The notes: generated from the letters alone by a model not told the origin. Counted from the first letter of the stretch, positions 9,581-19,761 are shown. The stretch is DNA of 64,000 nt from a virus (IMGVR_UViG_3300023213_000432:96001-160000), one strand, 5' to 3'. A program made the numbers and translations.

Positions 9581-9604
9581 TTCATCGATAGAAGAAAGTA
9601 AGTT

Positions 9605-9850
9605 ATGCTCCGTTTTATCTGGTTTTTAATCATGGGCGCGTGGAGATACCCGTGGGAAATAAATGTTCCGTTGCTCCCGTCCCCTCAAAAAATAGAATGC
9701 CCTAATTACGAATGTGGAGCAAAGATATCGTCTCTATGCTCTGATGGAAGATGTCGTTATCATTGTCGTCTAAGATGCGAGTGCGAAAAGAAACCATTAA
9801 TTCAATTTCTGCCAGAACCTAAATCGTATTCCGAACAACCATACCGATAA
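9605..9850 (+). CDS. hypothetical Cys-rich protein
   Basis: ORF in operon-like packing. Confidence 0.5.
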   Translation: MLRFIWFLIMGAWRYPWEINVPLLPSPQKIECPNYECGAKISSLCSDGRCRYHCRLRCECEKKPLIQFLPEPKSYSEQPYR

Positions 9851-9864
9851 ACTTTTAAGGTTTT

Positions 9865-10050
9865 ATGAGCCTATTTTCTAAATATACATTCTATTGCAAT
9901 AACTGTGGCAAAGAACTCAAGATTGAATGGATGAAAATGTTGGGCAGAACCTTTAAGGTTTGTTCAAAAGAATGTATAGATGCTATAGAATTAAAAATTG
10001 CTAGATCGATATTGGGAGAAGAAAACAAAAATAATGAAGAGATCAGATAG
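9865..10050 (+). CDS. small zinc-finger protein (CNNC...CSKEC)
   Basis: CxxC...CSxxC TRASH/MYM-like pattern. Confidence 0.55.
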   Translation: MSLFSKYTFYCNNCGKELKIEWMKMLGRTFKVCSKECIDAIELKIARSILGEENKNNEEIR

Positions 10051-10252
10051 TATTGTCGATACGTTTTGTCGCGCCGGTATTCTTGGTAGTATTTTATCCT
10101 GTGGGTTTTTATATTTAAAATTAGCTGGAACTCTCAGTTGGTCGTATTGGTGGGTGTTTGCACCATTGTGGATTGGCACAGGCATTATTTCTTTAGGGAT
10201 TGGGACTATTTTGTTAGGGTTGTATTTATTTAGAAAAATGTACTGCGAATGA
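10034..10252 (+). CDS. small two-TM membrane protein
   Basis: FLYLKLAGTLSWSYWWVFAPLW hydrophobic motif. Confidence 0.6.
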   Translation: MKRSDSIVDTFCRAGILGSILSCGFLYLKLAGTLSWSYWWVFAPLWIGTGIISLGIGTILLGLYLFRKMYCE

Positions 10253-10261
10253 GGTGATTTA

Positions 10262-10555
10262 ATGGATTGTAAAATCTGCTTACGAGAATACAAAGATCGT
10301 CCTAATGATTTATGCGATTACTATTTGCATTGGCAGAGCTATGTGTATAAATTGGAAGCCAAAGGATTGATTGAAAAACGAGAACCGCCAAAGTTTGCGA
10401 TTGGTGACAGAGTTAAAATTGCAGTTGGAAAAGCTGGAACGATTGAAGATATTTACCCTCGTTCCCGAAGAGCCTCGCAGCATTATAATGTCAGGATTGA
10501 TGATAGAGAATTTACAATAAGAGTGGCTGAATGTGACTTGAGTAGAGTTGAATGA
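10262..10555 (+). CDS. hypothetical protein with KOW/SH3-like C-terminus
   Basis: KFAIGDRVKI...GTI...YNVRID. Confidence 0.55.
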   Translation: MDCKICLREYKDRPNDLCDYYLHWQSYVYKLEAKGLIEKREPPKFAIGDRVKIAVGKAGTIEDIYPRSRRASQHYNVRIDDREFTIRVAECDLSRVE

Positions 10556-10869
10556 AACCTATGACTGAGCAAGATCTTATTGAACAAGAGACCCAAAAGA
10601 TCGTTGATTGTTGTAGCCACCCTGCTGGTTTCGATATTGGCAATGGTGGAATGTTATGTCTTCGTCCTACTGATGAAGCATCTCCGCCCAAGACTTGGGA
10701 AGTAGATTGGAGTGAATGGGAAGATGATCTTTCTAAGTTGAATCAGGCATTCCCATGGCATCATTGCAAAAACTTCGATAACTTAAAAGACGCGGCTCGT
10801 TTCTTCGTGGAGAAAAGACGTTCGATGAAACTTGGATGCGATTATTTGGGCAAGAAAGCTAAGCAGTAG
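10552..10869 (+). CDS. hypothetical protein
   Basis: ATGA-overlapped ORF. Confidence 0.55.
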   Translation: MKPMTEQDLIEQETQKIVDCCSHPAGFDIGNGGMLCLRPTDEASPPKTWEVDWSEWEDDLSKLNQAFPWHHCKNFDNLKDAARFFVEKRRSMKLGCDYLGKKAKQ

Positions 10870-10870
10870 A

Positions 10871-11902
10871 CTAGATATGTTTCCAAGTCCGTCTATGGAC
10901 AATGTGGGCTATTGTTTGATTTGTGCACTTATATTCATCTGCCAAAGCTTGTTGGGTATAATTATTGGTTGCCCATTTGGATCGGATCTCCAAGATATTT
11001 TGTTCGGTTAATCCATATTTGTTTTTGGTTCTTTTTCTTGGACGCTCTTTTGAAGGGAGTATCGCGATACCATGCCTACGAAGTATGTTTTTCACGCTGG
11101 TTGAAGATATGTTATATTCTTTGGCAAGAACTTTCATTTCGATTAAGTGATCGACATATTTAGTTATAAGATCAAGTTCTTGTTCATTGGTTAGGCGACG
11201 GCAATTTAATCCGTTGATTGCTGCTCTTTTGCTTTTAATTCGCTGAATATCTTCTTCGGTAATGATGGAGTGCCCCCTGATCGCTATATAAGTCCCATGA
11301 ATGATACTATGGATAGCGTGGGTATTATATTTAATGGTCAATTCTTCAAAGGGAGTATGTTCGTTGAGATATTCTTGCTGGATTGCAAGACATTCCTCTA
11401 ATGAGAGATCGCATTGTTTGATGTTCATTTGATTGAATTTTTCTTTGTTTGTTTCAATGTATTGCGCTCGGGCTGCTGACATTATCGCAACCGCTTCTGG
11501 TGAGTGTTTTTTTCCAAAGAATGGATTTGCTTTACCAAGGTATTTCTCTTTTTTATGTTTACTCATTTTCTTTTTGGCTTTTTCAGTGTGCTTGTAGCCA
11601 GATGCTCCGTCTCCCCCTTCGGTTATGTTGTATCCGATATTATCATTGCGGGTACCATACATCGCGATATATCGTTTTTCAGCTTCCAAAGCATCGGATT
11701 CTATTTCAAATCTTTCAACCTCTTCTATTTTAAAGTTCTCAAAACCGTATTTGTTTATGGCTCGATGAATATAGCTGTAGTCGTTAGGATCTTGTTTCCG
11801 AGCTGCTGCTTTATGTCCGTTCCATCGCATTCTTATATTATTAGTTTTACCAAAGTAAATTTTATTATTTAATAAATTAGTTATTTTATAGATATACCAC
11901 AT
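10871..11902 (-). CDS. GIY-YIG homing endonuclease with NUMOD3 and HTH domains
   Basis: MWYIYKITNLLNNKIYFGKT...R W H; GYNITEGG; HTEKAKKKMS / NPFFGKKHS NUMOD3. The track start at 12148 overlaps rIIA and was rejected. Confidence 0.88.
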   Translation of the reverse strand: MWYIYKITNLLNNKIYFGKTNNIRMRWNGHKAAARKQDPNDYSYIHRAINKYGFENFKIEEVERFEIESDALEAEKRYIAMYGTRNDNIGYNITEGGDGASGYKHTEKAKKKMSKHKKEKYLGKANPFFGKKHSPEAVAIMSAARAQYIETNKEKFNQMNIKQCDLSLEECLAIQQEYLNEHTPFEELTIKYNTHAIHSIIHGTYIAIRGHSIITEEDIQRIKSKRAAINGLNCRRLTNEQELDLITKYVDHLIEMKVLAKEYNISSTSVKNILRRHGIAILPSKERPRKRTKNKYGLTEQNILEIRSKWATNNYTQQALADEYKCTNQTIAHIVHRRTWKHI

Positions 11903-11938
11903 GATCATACTATATATCATATCGTCTGGAGATTGTTG

Positions 11939-14104
11939 ATGAAAATTGAGTTTGCTGCTCCCAATGTTGAAGCGTCTGATGCATTCGTAGAGCGTATGTT
12001 CTCTATCGGAGATTACGGTGTAGTGTTTGATATTTTGCGCTCTAAACTTTATTCTAACCCAATAGCGTCTATTTGTAGAGAATATGCATCTAATGCGAGA
12101 GACGCAATGCGAGAGTGTGGAAAACCCACTGAACCGATCCAAATCCAACTTCCCAATAGTCTTGATCCAACTTTTAAAGTTAAAGATACGGGCGTTGGTA
12201 TATCTCCTGATCGAATTGAGAACGTTTTTATTAAATATGGATCTAGCACCAAACGAGATACTAATGAACTTTGTGGAGCATTTGGCTTAGGCGCTAAGGT
12301 CGCGTACTCTTACTCATCGGATTTCACCGTCATCACCAACTACAACGGCATCCAATACCATTACTCCTGTATCATCGACGAGACTCGCATCGGTAAGCTC
12401 ATCACCCTCTCCCAAAAACTCACCAAAGAATCCAATGGCACCACTATTTCTGTTCCCGTTCGTGAATCTGATTTCCGAGCCTTTTCCGACTATGTAGAAC
12501 GTGCTTGCCGTCATTGGAATCCGCGCCCCATAATAACCGGCAATTCCAAATTTACATGGATAGACGTCAAAAAAGTCATTGACGGCGCCAACTGGATGAT
12601 GAGTTCCTCTTCTGATTATAATAGCGATCGTGTCAAGTTAATCATCGATGGAATTGAATATCCACTGGATATTAGTGCTCTTAAAGATTATGCGGACAAT
12701 ACCCTAATCAATTCTGCACGCGGAACTATCTATCTTTACTTTGACAATGGATTGCTCAGTCTTTCAGCCAATAGGGAAAATGTTTTTCTTGATAAATCCA
12801 CTCAAAAGAAAATCGCTAAACGTCTCCAAGATGTTAAGTCGGAACTTACCAAAAACATTCAAGTCAAGATCGATAATTTCACCAATCTTTGGGAAGCTTT
12901 ATTATATCGCAACAAAGCCTTATCTGAATCTTTTTATCATCATGACTTTTTAGGTAAATTGACTTGGAAAGGGATGGAACTTAAAGTTGGTAATCTTAAA
13001 GTTGATTGTCCAGTTTATCTTTTCACCAAGGGAAAGTCACAACGATATGGTGCTGATCCGGAAAAGATCACCCGGAGTATGACTCGATTTCTATTGTTGG
13101 AAGAGAAAACTGACATCTATATTAATGATCTCTCTATCAAGGAGCCCTCCACCAAACACATCAAGAAAGCCTTTGAAGACAACAAAGATTTGAAAAATCT
13201 GATGGTTATTTGCCCCACAGATGATGTCAAAGTAGAAGATCTTAACCAATCTATTGGTTTGGATAAGATGAATCCCCAGCTTCTTTCCACTGTTACTCAA
13301 GCTAGTGGAAGGAAATATACTGCCCCATCTTCTCGTTTGTTAGTGTTTAAGAACGATGGTAATCATTTTTATCAAGTAGCCATTAATGACATTGAAACAG
13401 ATGTTAAACCAACTAAAGTGTTGTGTTTGCTTCATAAACAAAATGATCAGTGGTCTTATCAAAAAGAACGGTGGGCGGTCATTAAGGAAGGTAAGCAAAA
13501 TATTTATAATGATATTATGAATAAATTAATCCATTACTTTCGAGATGAGACTTCTTTTTATGGGGTGGATGAGAATGCTCCTAAGGATCGAATTAAAGAA
13601 GAGTTCGGAGGATTCATTTCCTTGGAAGATTTTATTCAAGAACGAGTGATTGATGATAAGAGCATTAATTACCCGGAAATAAAATTTATCAAAAATCATT
13701 GTGGAAACGTGGATGCCGATATGTTAAAGGATTGGGAAGAGTTTAAGTTGATGATTGAGGATCCTAATAGCCTTTTCTTTAAAAGATTGGAATTGCATGC
13801 TAAATTCCAAAAGACATGTAATATGGATGCTTTATTGTTATATCTTTATGAAGCTTTTAATGGGGATATGATGGTAAGTAAAATTAAAAGGTTTGCGGCT
13901 GATCATCCAGAGCTTGACATTATGGCTATGGAGATACAATATGGCAAACAATATCCGTTGCTGAAACATTTGGAAAAATGGGTCGTTGATGGTGATGGTA
14001 AGAGAAAAGGCATAGCACATTATATTAATTTAGTCGATGGTTCTTTAGAACAAGAAAAACAAAAGAAAGAAAAGAAAGAAAAGAAAGAAAAGGAAGACAC
14101 ATGA
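11939..14104 (+). CDS. rIIA: rIIA-like protein (GHKL/Hsp90-like ATPase N-terminus)
   Basis: LYSNPIASICREYASNARDA, VKDTGVGISP, YGSSTKR...GAFGLGAK; directly precedes rIIB. Confidence 0.85.
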   Translation: MKIEFAAPNVEASDAFVERMFSIGDYGVVFDILRSKLYSNPIASICREYASNARDAMRECGKPTEPIQIQLPNSLDPTFKVKDTGVGISPDRIENVFIKYGSSTKRDTNELCGAFGLGAKVAYSYSSDFTVITNYNGIQYHYSCIIDETRIGKLITLSQKLTKESNGTTISVPVRESDFRAFSDYVERACRHWNPRPIITGNSKFTWIDVKKVIDGANWMMSSSSDYNSDRVKLIIDGIEYPLDISALKDYADNTLINSARGTIYLYFDNGLLSLSANRENVFLDKSTQKKIAKRLQDVKSELTKNIQVKIDNFTNLWEALLYRNKALSESFYHHDFLGKLTWKGMELKVGNLKVDCPVYLFTKGKSQRYGADPEKITRSMTRFLLLEEKTDIYINDLSIKEPSTKHIKKAFEDNKDLKNLMVICPTDDVKVEDLNQSIGLDKMNPQLLSTVTQASGRKYTAPSSRLLVFKNDGNHFYQVAINDIETDVKPTKVLCLLHKQNDQWSYQKERWAVIKEGKQNIYNDIMNKLIHYFRDETSFYGVDENAPKDRIKEEFGGFISLEDFIQERVIDDKSINYPEIKFIKNHCGNVDADMLKDWEEFKLMIEDPNSLFFKRLELHAKFQKTCNMDALLLYLYEAFNGDMMVSKIKRFAADHPELDIMAMEIQYGKQYPLLKHLEKWVVDGDGKRKGIAHYINLVDGSLEQEKQKKEKKEKKEKEDT

Positions 14105-14850
14105 ATGTTAAATATTTGATTACTGATAACAGTATTACTGTTCATTTTGATGGACAAACTCACATCGTAGCGCGAGGTGATGCTTTGTCGGAGCGTCTAA
14201 TTGAGGTGCTCCGAAGTGGAAAACATGAAGAAGTTCCTAATTTGGTATCTGCTTCCATGAGAATTACAAACTTTTCCAAAGGAAATTTTACCGTGGAAAA
14301 TGGAGACATCCTAGTTAATGGAATTAAAGCTCCGGATGCTTTGGGTAAAAAGATTGTCAAGTTTGCCAATGAAGGATTACCATATCAACCATTGGTGAAG
14401 TTCGCAGAGCATTTGCAACAAAATCCATCGAGACGATCGGTGGAAGAGTTGTTTATGTTTTTGGAGAAGAATGACCATCCTATTACTCCAGATGGATTAT
14501 TTATTGGATATAAGCGCATTCGTGCTGATTTCAAGGACATTTACTCTGGCACCTTTAACAATACACCGGGTGCGTTGGTGGAAATGGCTCGTCAGGAAGT
14601 GGATGAAGATGCGAATCAGACATGTTCTCGAGGGCTCCATGCCAGTAATTGGGAGTATTGCACCAAGCATTATGCTAGCAAAGATGCCGAGAGTGATGTT
14701 ATTGTAGCTTTGGAAATTGACCCTGCGGATGTTGTGTCGGTACCCGTGGATTATAATAATGCTAAAATGCGTGTTTCTAAGTATCGCGTTATAGAAGTTG
14801 TTAAAGAGCCATATCAAGAGGGCATAGTTATTCGAAAGGTTGGTCAATAA
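14101..14850 (+). CDS. rIIB: rIIB-like protein; stop codon supplied by the IsrB element end
   Basis: ELFMFL...ITPDG.FIGYK.I..DFKD...N.PG..VEM.R..VD....TCSRGLH; TAA lies in GTCAATAA of the element. Confidence 0.88.
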   Translation: MNVKYLITDNSITVHFDGQTHIVARGDALSERLIEVLRSGKHEEVPNLVSASMRITNFSKGNFTVENGDILVNGIKAPDALGKKIVKFANEGLPYQPLVKFAEHLQQNPSRRSVEELFMFLEKNDHPITPDGLFIGYKRIRADFKDIYSGTFNNTPGALVEMARQEVDEDANQTCSRGLHASNWEYCTKHYASKDAESDVIVALEIDPADVVSVPVDYNNAKMRVSKYRVIEVVKEPYQEGIVIRKVGQ

Positions 14851-15145
14851 CCCATGACTAAACTCATGGGCTTGTGCGAAGGGAATCAGTCACTCTCTTT
14901 TGATCAAGTTAAAATATTGTACTAGACACAGATCAGAATAGGAGACGCAAGTCAAATAAAAGAAGATCAAATAGGCAGATCAGGATCGCTAATGACGAGA
15001 CTGGAAAAGATACGCTACTGGATGTTTCGCTAGTCTGTAGCCGCATTTCGTAAGAAATGCCAATATCTCATCGATAATTTTATGAGGTATTCGCTGTGTT
15101 TTGCTTATGTCGAAGCGAGTTGAACAAGGCACGTAAGTGCATTTT
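14843..15145 (+). ncRNA. omegaRNA scaffold upstream of isrB
   Basis: Structured non-coding region conserved across three copies; position 5' of the ORF is typical of IscB/IsrB loci. Confidence 0.8.
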
Positions 15146-16206
15146 TTGAGGAAATAATAGAAATTGGTTCCCGTTATCGATAACCACAAACAACCATTAA
15201 TGCCTTGCTCTGAGAAAAGAGCCAGGAGACTTATGGAGAAAGGTAGCGCTATTTCATATTGGCAGAAAGGTATCTTTTGCATTCGTCTAACTAAAGAACC
15301 TTCTAACCGACAAACACAACCCATTGCTCTTGGGATTGATCCAGGAAGTAAAAGAGAAGGATATACTGTTGCTACTAGAAAAGCAGTAGTATTGAATATT
15401 ACCTCCAATACTCCGGGCTGGATTAAAAAACATATTGATACTCGAAGACAATTACGGAAAAGCCGAAGATATAGAAAAACTCCTTATCGTTCTTGTCGAG
15501 AAAATAGAGCTACTTTGAGGAAAGATCGTGTTCCTCCTTCCACCAAAGCAAGGTGGAATGCTAAATTGCGAATGGTTATTTTTCTTCTGAAAATTATTCC
15601 TATTACCATTATTAATGTAGAAGATGTTGCCGCTTACACTAAGAAAGGACAAGCAAAGTGGAACGTTTCTTTCTCTCCTTTGGAGGTTGGAAAAGTTTGG
15701 TTTTATCAAGAGATAAAAAACCTTGGAGTTCAGCTTCTCAAAACTGAAGGACATCAAACTCAAGAAAAACGAGATCAGCGCGGGTTTCAAAAATCATCTT
15801 CCAAGCTTAGCTATTCTTGGAATGCTCATAACGTAGATAGTCATGTTCTTGCGGAGATGGCGCTAGGAACAGAAATCTTTCCATATTATGGATTGTGGAA
15901 GATAGAATTTTTAGAATTTCATCGAAGACAACTTCACGTTCAGAATCCAATTAAGAATAGCATCAGAAAACAATATGGGACTACTATTTCTATGAAAATG
16001 CCCAGAGGATCTGTCATAAGACATAAAGGTAAGTTCTATTATCTTGGAGGAAGTAGCAAAGGTAGAGTTACTATTCATAGCGTCATTACAGGAAAGAGAA
16101 TTAAGCAATCTGTCAAGAAGGAGAATATTGTTGTTTTATATGCACAGAATAGGAGAGTTCAATTCCTCCCACGATTAAAATCGTGGGTCTCCTTGAACCA
16201 ATTTTC
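14843..16206 (+). mobile_element. IS200/IS605-family OMEGA element carrying omegaRNA and isrB (copy 1)
   Basis: GTCAATAACCCATGACTAAACTCATGGG start, ~320-nt omegaRNA, isrB, end hairpin CCCACGATTAAAATCGTGGG, followed by ATGAA. Confidence 0.92.
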
Positions 16207-16210
16207 ATGA
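15164..16210 (+). CDS. isrB: IsrB (HNH-less IscB-family RNA-guided nickase)
   Basis: PLMP motif, GIDPG (RuvC-I), RRxLRxSRRYRK bridge helix, VED (RuvC-II), HNVDS (RuvC-III); no HNH insert; 348 aa; TTG start with GAGGA RBS. Confidence 0.88.
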   Translation: MVPVIDNHKQPLMPCSEKRARRLMEKGSAISYWQKGIFCIRLTKEPSNRQTQPIALGIDPGSKREGYTVATRKAVVLNITSNTPGWIKKHIDTRRQLRKSRRYRKTPYRSCRENRATLRKDRVPPSTKARWNAKLRMVIFLLKIIPITIINVEDVAAYTKKGQAKWNVSFSPLEVGKVWFYQEIKNLGVQLLKTEGHQTQEKRDQRGFQKSSSKLSYSWNAHNVDSHVLAEMALGTEIFPYYGLWKIEFLEFHRRQLHVQNPIKNSIRKQYGTTISMKMPRGSVIRHKGKFYYLGGSSKGRVTIHSVITGKRIKQSVKKENIVVLYAQNRRVQFLPRLKSWVSLNQFS

Positions 16211-16458
16211 ATCTATTAGACAAGTCTCTTTGGATACCAACTTTATTCGCTAATCGTTTGATGGCAGATTTAGCCAAAAATCATCTTTTGGATCATTTTC
16301 GATGGGAATGCACTATTGTAGTGGATGATGATGGGTATTATATAGTGCGCTTACCAGATAGTTTAAAGCCCGAAGAGTTTTGTCTCGGGCAAAGTTTTTT
16401 GCTGGCATATGCTCATGGATTTTCGGATCGTGGCATGCCAAATTTTAGGGACATTTAA
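16207..16458 (+). CDS. hypothetical protein
   Basis: ATG is the ATGAA target motif; overlaps the isrB stop. Confidence 0.55.
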   Translation: MNLLDKSLWIPTLFANRLMADLAKNHLLDHFRWECTIVVDDDGYYIVRLPDSLKPEEFCLGQSFLLAYAHGFSDRGMPNFRDI

Positions 16459-16477
16459 AAAAGAAAGAAGAAAAAAT

Positions 16478-16864
16478 ATGAAGAATAAAATCAAAGATAA
16501 AATCAAACAATTGACGATCGATGAAAGTAAATGGACGGAAGGAACTTTATATAGTGATGGTTCTTATTGTGCGCTCGGGGCTCTCTGTAAATCTTTAGGT
16601 TATTCCGATCGAAAAATGAAGGGGTGCGCGTTTCCGCGCGATTTAGGAGATTACCCGGAGTGGATGGACAAGATAATCGAGAATGAAGAGTACGAAGATA
16701 TTTTGGGTGATTATCTACCTGATGTAGACGACAATTCTTTTCAGGAAATCGTTCCGGCAATTAATGACGATATGGACTTAGACGTTGAAGAAAAGAAATC
16801 TCTTCTTAGAAATGTTTTCAAGTGGGTTGGAATCGACCTTCACTTCAAAAAATCTAAGAAGTAA
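16478..16864 (+). CDS. hypothetical protein (YCALG motif)
   Basis: Start moved to ATG 16478. Confidence 0.6.
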   Translation: MKNKIKDKIKQLTIDESKWTEGTLYSDGSYCALGALCKSLGYSDRKMKGCAFPRDLGDYPEWMDKIIENEEYEDILGDYLPDVDDNSFQEIVPAINDDMDLDVEEKKSLLRNVFKWVGIDLHFKKSKK

Positions 16865-16889
16865 TCGGATAATTCGGCATTATTTTATA

Positions 16890-17930
16890 ATGTCCGAAAG
16901 GTTAGAAGAAATTAATCCCAAGTTTCGACAACTTACCGATCTCCTTCTCTTTACAGATCGGGTTGATCTTGATCTCTCTAACTTCAAACATCTTTTTCGT
17001 GAAAATCATTCTAAGAATTTAATATACTTCTTAGAACGTTTAGAAAGATCTTTGGAGATTGCATGGGAAAATGGAGAGCAATTTTGGCAGCATCGTTTGT
17101 CTTTCTTGCTTTCTTTGCGAGAGAAGGGATTAATTTCCTGTCTTGATAAGCGTTTAGAAAAACGCTTTGTTACTTTGATGAAACAAAAATCTCAAATTAA
17201 CATCCAATATGATCTTCCTTATTTACAATACTGGACATATTGCAATGTGAAACGACAACGAGGAGAAAATCTTTTCACTGCCAAACAACAACTTATCAGG
17301 TTGCTGGATTATGTTAGTGTGGATAAGATGATCCCCATAATCCTTTCCTTTATTCCCTCAGTCTTTCGCAGTATTAATGAATTTGCGGAAATGATCACTC
17401 ACAAAATTACGCAATCCACTCGTTATTTTGATACCTTGTTGGCTTTAGAAAAACGAGGAATTGAATTTGATTGGATGCCATTATTGGAATTAACCAATGA
17501 AATTATCTTGGTGCGTCCTTATAATGAGAGGAATTGTCGCGCCTTTTTTGTTTTGTTGAACGATTCCTGTATCTTGTCGGAGATCAAAAAACACTATACT
17601 CCTTTACACCGAGAAGGCATTCTAGAAATTTTGGAAGAGTGTGATTATCGACGAATTGAAGAAAACCACCTTCGAAATATCAAAAACTTGATTGAATTGG
17701 ATGAAACTTTGGCGGATGAAATCGTGGAACGATATGCCGATAAATTATATCTTCATCCGATTCATCATAAGAAAGGCAACATCAATAAACTCATTAGAAT
17801 ATTGAAGAAGTTTCCTCAAGCTTCTTCTAAAAGATTATTGTTATATCTTTCTGTTAATGGATTAATGAAAGATATTGAAGAATTGGTTAAGCACCATAAA
17901 GAGCTGGAAGGATTAGTAGCTTTTGTTTGA
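16890..17930 (+). CDS. hypothetical helical protein
   Basis: 346-aa ORF from ATG 16890. Confidence 0.7.
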   Translation: MSERLEEINPKFRQLTDLLLFTDRVDLDLSNFKHLFRENHSKNLIYFLERLERSLEIAWENGEQFWQHRLSFLLSLREKGLISCLDKRLEKRFVTLMKQKSQINIQYDLPYLQYWTYCNVKRQRGENLFTAKQQLIRLLDYVSVDKMIPIILSFIPSVFRSINEFAEMITHKITQSTRYFDTLLALEKRGIEFDWMPLLELTNEIILVRPYNERNCRAFFVLLNDSCILSEIKKHYTPLHREGILEILEECDYRRIEENHLRNIKNLIELDETLADEIVERYADKLYLHPIHHKKGNINKLIRILKKFPQASSKRLLLYLSVNGLMKDIEELVKHHKELEGLVAFV

Positions 17931-17934
17931 GGGC

Positions 17935-17962
17935 TTGACATCGAAATGTAAATGGTTAAAAT
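17935..17962 (+). promoter_or_regulatory. sigma70-like promoter
   Basis: TTGACA(17935)-N16-TAAAAT(17957). Confidence 0.6.
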
Positions 17963-18270
17963 GGGGGTTTAACTCAAATTTTGAAAAATGCATGCAAGGT
18001 GGTGCCTTGCTAGTGGGGCAAGCAGACCCATTAAAACGAGATTAACCCCTCGAAATCTCTGCCGGCTATGAGCACTCAAAAGAGTAAAAGTTCGGCGCCA
18101 AGGGACGTCGATATTATTGATCCGATGCTTTACGAAGGTTACTGCAAAGTGATATAAGTTTAGCAGGAACGATCATATCAAAGCAGACACTATCCAGAAA
18201 CGCAGACATTTGACTTTCGAGTCATTGTCGTCGAAACGGGTTAGATTGCATCCCGATACAACTCTTCAGA
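17963..18270 (+). ncRNA. unclassified structured RNA of about 300 nt
   Basis: ORF-free, GC-richer than flanks, downstream of a promoter; hairpins with UUCG, UACG and GCAA tetraloops on the + strand. Confidence 0.55.
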
Positions 18271-18281
18271 ATTAGGAAATA

Positions 18282-18410
18282 ATGGCACCAACAAAGTTAG
18301 AAGTGGGACAGCGAGTTCGTTGTGTGTTCGCTTATCCGCATAAAGGCAAAACCGGCATTGTCCAGAAAGTAGATGCTATCGGATTAGATATTAAGTGGGA
18401 CGGTCAATAA
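18282..18410 (+). pseudogene. SH3/KOW-like small gene truncated by IsrB element copy 2
   Basis: MAPTKLEVGQRVRCV...LDIKWD-GQ*; excision gives ...IKWD-DENESRCFYAFHRCRQNSNFT* (61 aa). Confidence 0.6.
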
Positions 18411-18700
18411 CCCATGACTAAAATTATGGGCTTGTGCGAAGGATCCTAGTCAGATTCTTTTGATCAAGACTAAAATATTGTACTAGACAAAGAGAGAAGA
18501 AAGGTTATTTAACCAAACGATATTTCAAATAGGCAGATCAGGATCGCTATGACGAGACTGGAAAAGATATGCTACTGGATGTTTCGCTAGTCTGTAGCCG
18601 CATTTCGTAAGAAATGCCGATATTCTATCGATAAATTATAGAATATCCGCTGTGTTTTGCTTATGTCGAAGCGAGTTGAACAAGGCACGTAAGTGCAATT
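18403..18700 (+). ncRNA. omegaRNA scaffold upstream of isrB copy 2
   Basis: Homologous to 14843 and 3327; one internal segment (18490-18530) differs. Confidence 0.8.
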
Positions 18701-19761
18701 TTTTGAGGAAAAGAAACATTGGTTCCCGTCATCGATAACTACAAACAACCATTAATGCCTTGCTCTGAGAAAAGAGCTAGGAAACTTATGGAAAAAGGAA
18801 AGGCTATTTCATATTGGCAGAAAGGTATCTTTTGCATTCGTCTAACCAAAGAACCTTCTAACCGACAAACACAACCCATTGCTCTTGGCATTGATCCTGG
18901 AAGTAAAAGAGAAGGATATACTGTTGCTACTAAGAAAGCAGTAGTTATCAATATCACAACTAATACTCCAGGCTGGATTAAAGATCATGTAGAGACTCGT
19001 AGAAACCTTCGAAGATCTAGAAGATACCGAAAGACTCCTTATCGCTCCTGTCGAGAAAATAGAGCAACTCTTCGAAAAAATCGAGTTCCTCCTTCCACCA
19101 AAGCCAGGTGGAATGCTAAACTGAGAATTATTAAATTCATTCTGAAAATTATTCCTATTACAATCGTTAATGTAGAAGATATTGCCGCTTACACTAAGAA
19201 GGGACAAGCAAAGTGGAATACTTCCTTCTCTCCTTTAGAGGTTGGAAAAACTTGGTTCTATCGTGAGTTAGAAAACTTCGGAGTTCAGCTTCTCAAAACC
19301 AAAGGAACCAAAACTCAAGAAAAACGAGATCAGCGAGATTTTCATAAGCTATCTTCCAAGCTTGATTATTCTTGGAGTGCTCATAACGTGGATAGCCATG
19401 TCCTTGTGGAGATAGCATTGGAATCAGAAATCTCTCCATATTATGGACTATGGAAAATAGAGTTTTTAGAATTTCATCGTAGACAACTTCATGTCCAGAA
19501 TCCAATCAGAGGCAATATCAGAAAACGATATGGAACTACTATTTCTATGAAAATGCCCAGAGGTTCTGTCGTAAAACATAAAGGTAAGTTATATTATCTT
19601 GGTGGAAATAAAAAAGGGAAAGTTTCGCTCCATAGTATCATTACAGGAAAAAGAATTAAACAATCTGTCAAGAAGAGAGATATTGGCGTTTTGTATGCAC
19701 AGAATAGGAGAGTTCAGCTCCTTCCACGATTAAAATCGTGGGTCTCCTTGAGCCTATTTTA
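18403..19761 (+). mobile_element. IS200/IS605-family OMEGA element carrying omegaRNA and isrB (copy 2)
   Basis: Same ends as 14843..16206; followed by ATGAA at 19762. Confidence 0.92.

Noticed and set aside
11909-12148. Extended N-terminus of the GIY-YIG ORF in the track
   Set aside because: It overlaps rIIA on the opposite strand; the GIY motif starts at MWYIY (11902).
14063-14095. AAAGAAAAG microsatellite at the rIIA end
   Set aside because: Simply encodes a low-complexity KEK tail.
17963-18270. tmRNA, RNase P, SRP or group I/II intron identity for the structured RNA
   Set aside because: No GGTTCGA T-arm/CCA or tag ORF, no GAGGAAAGTC, no GGAA SRP loop and no correctly ordered intron core.
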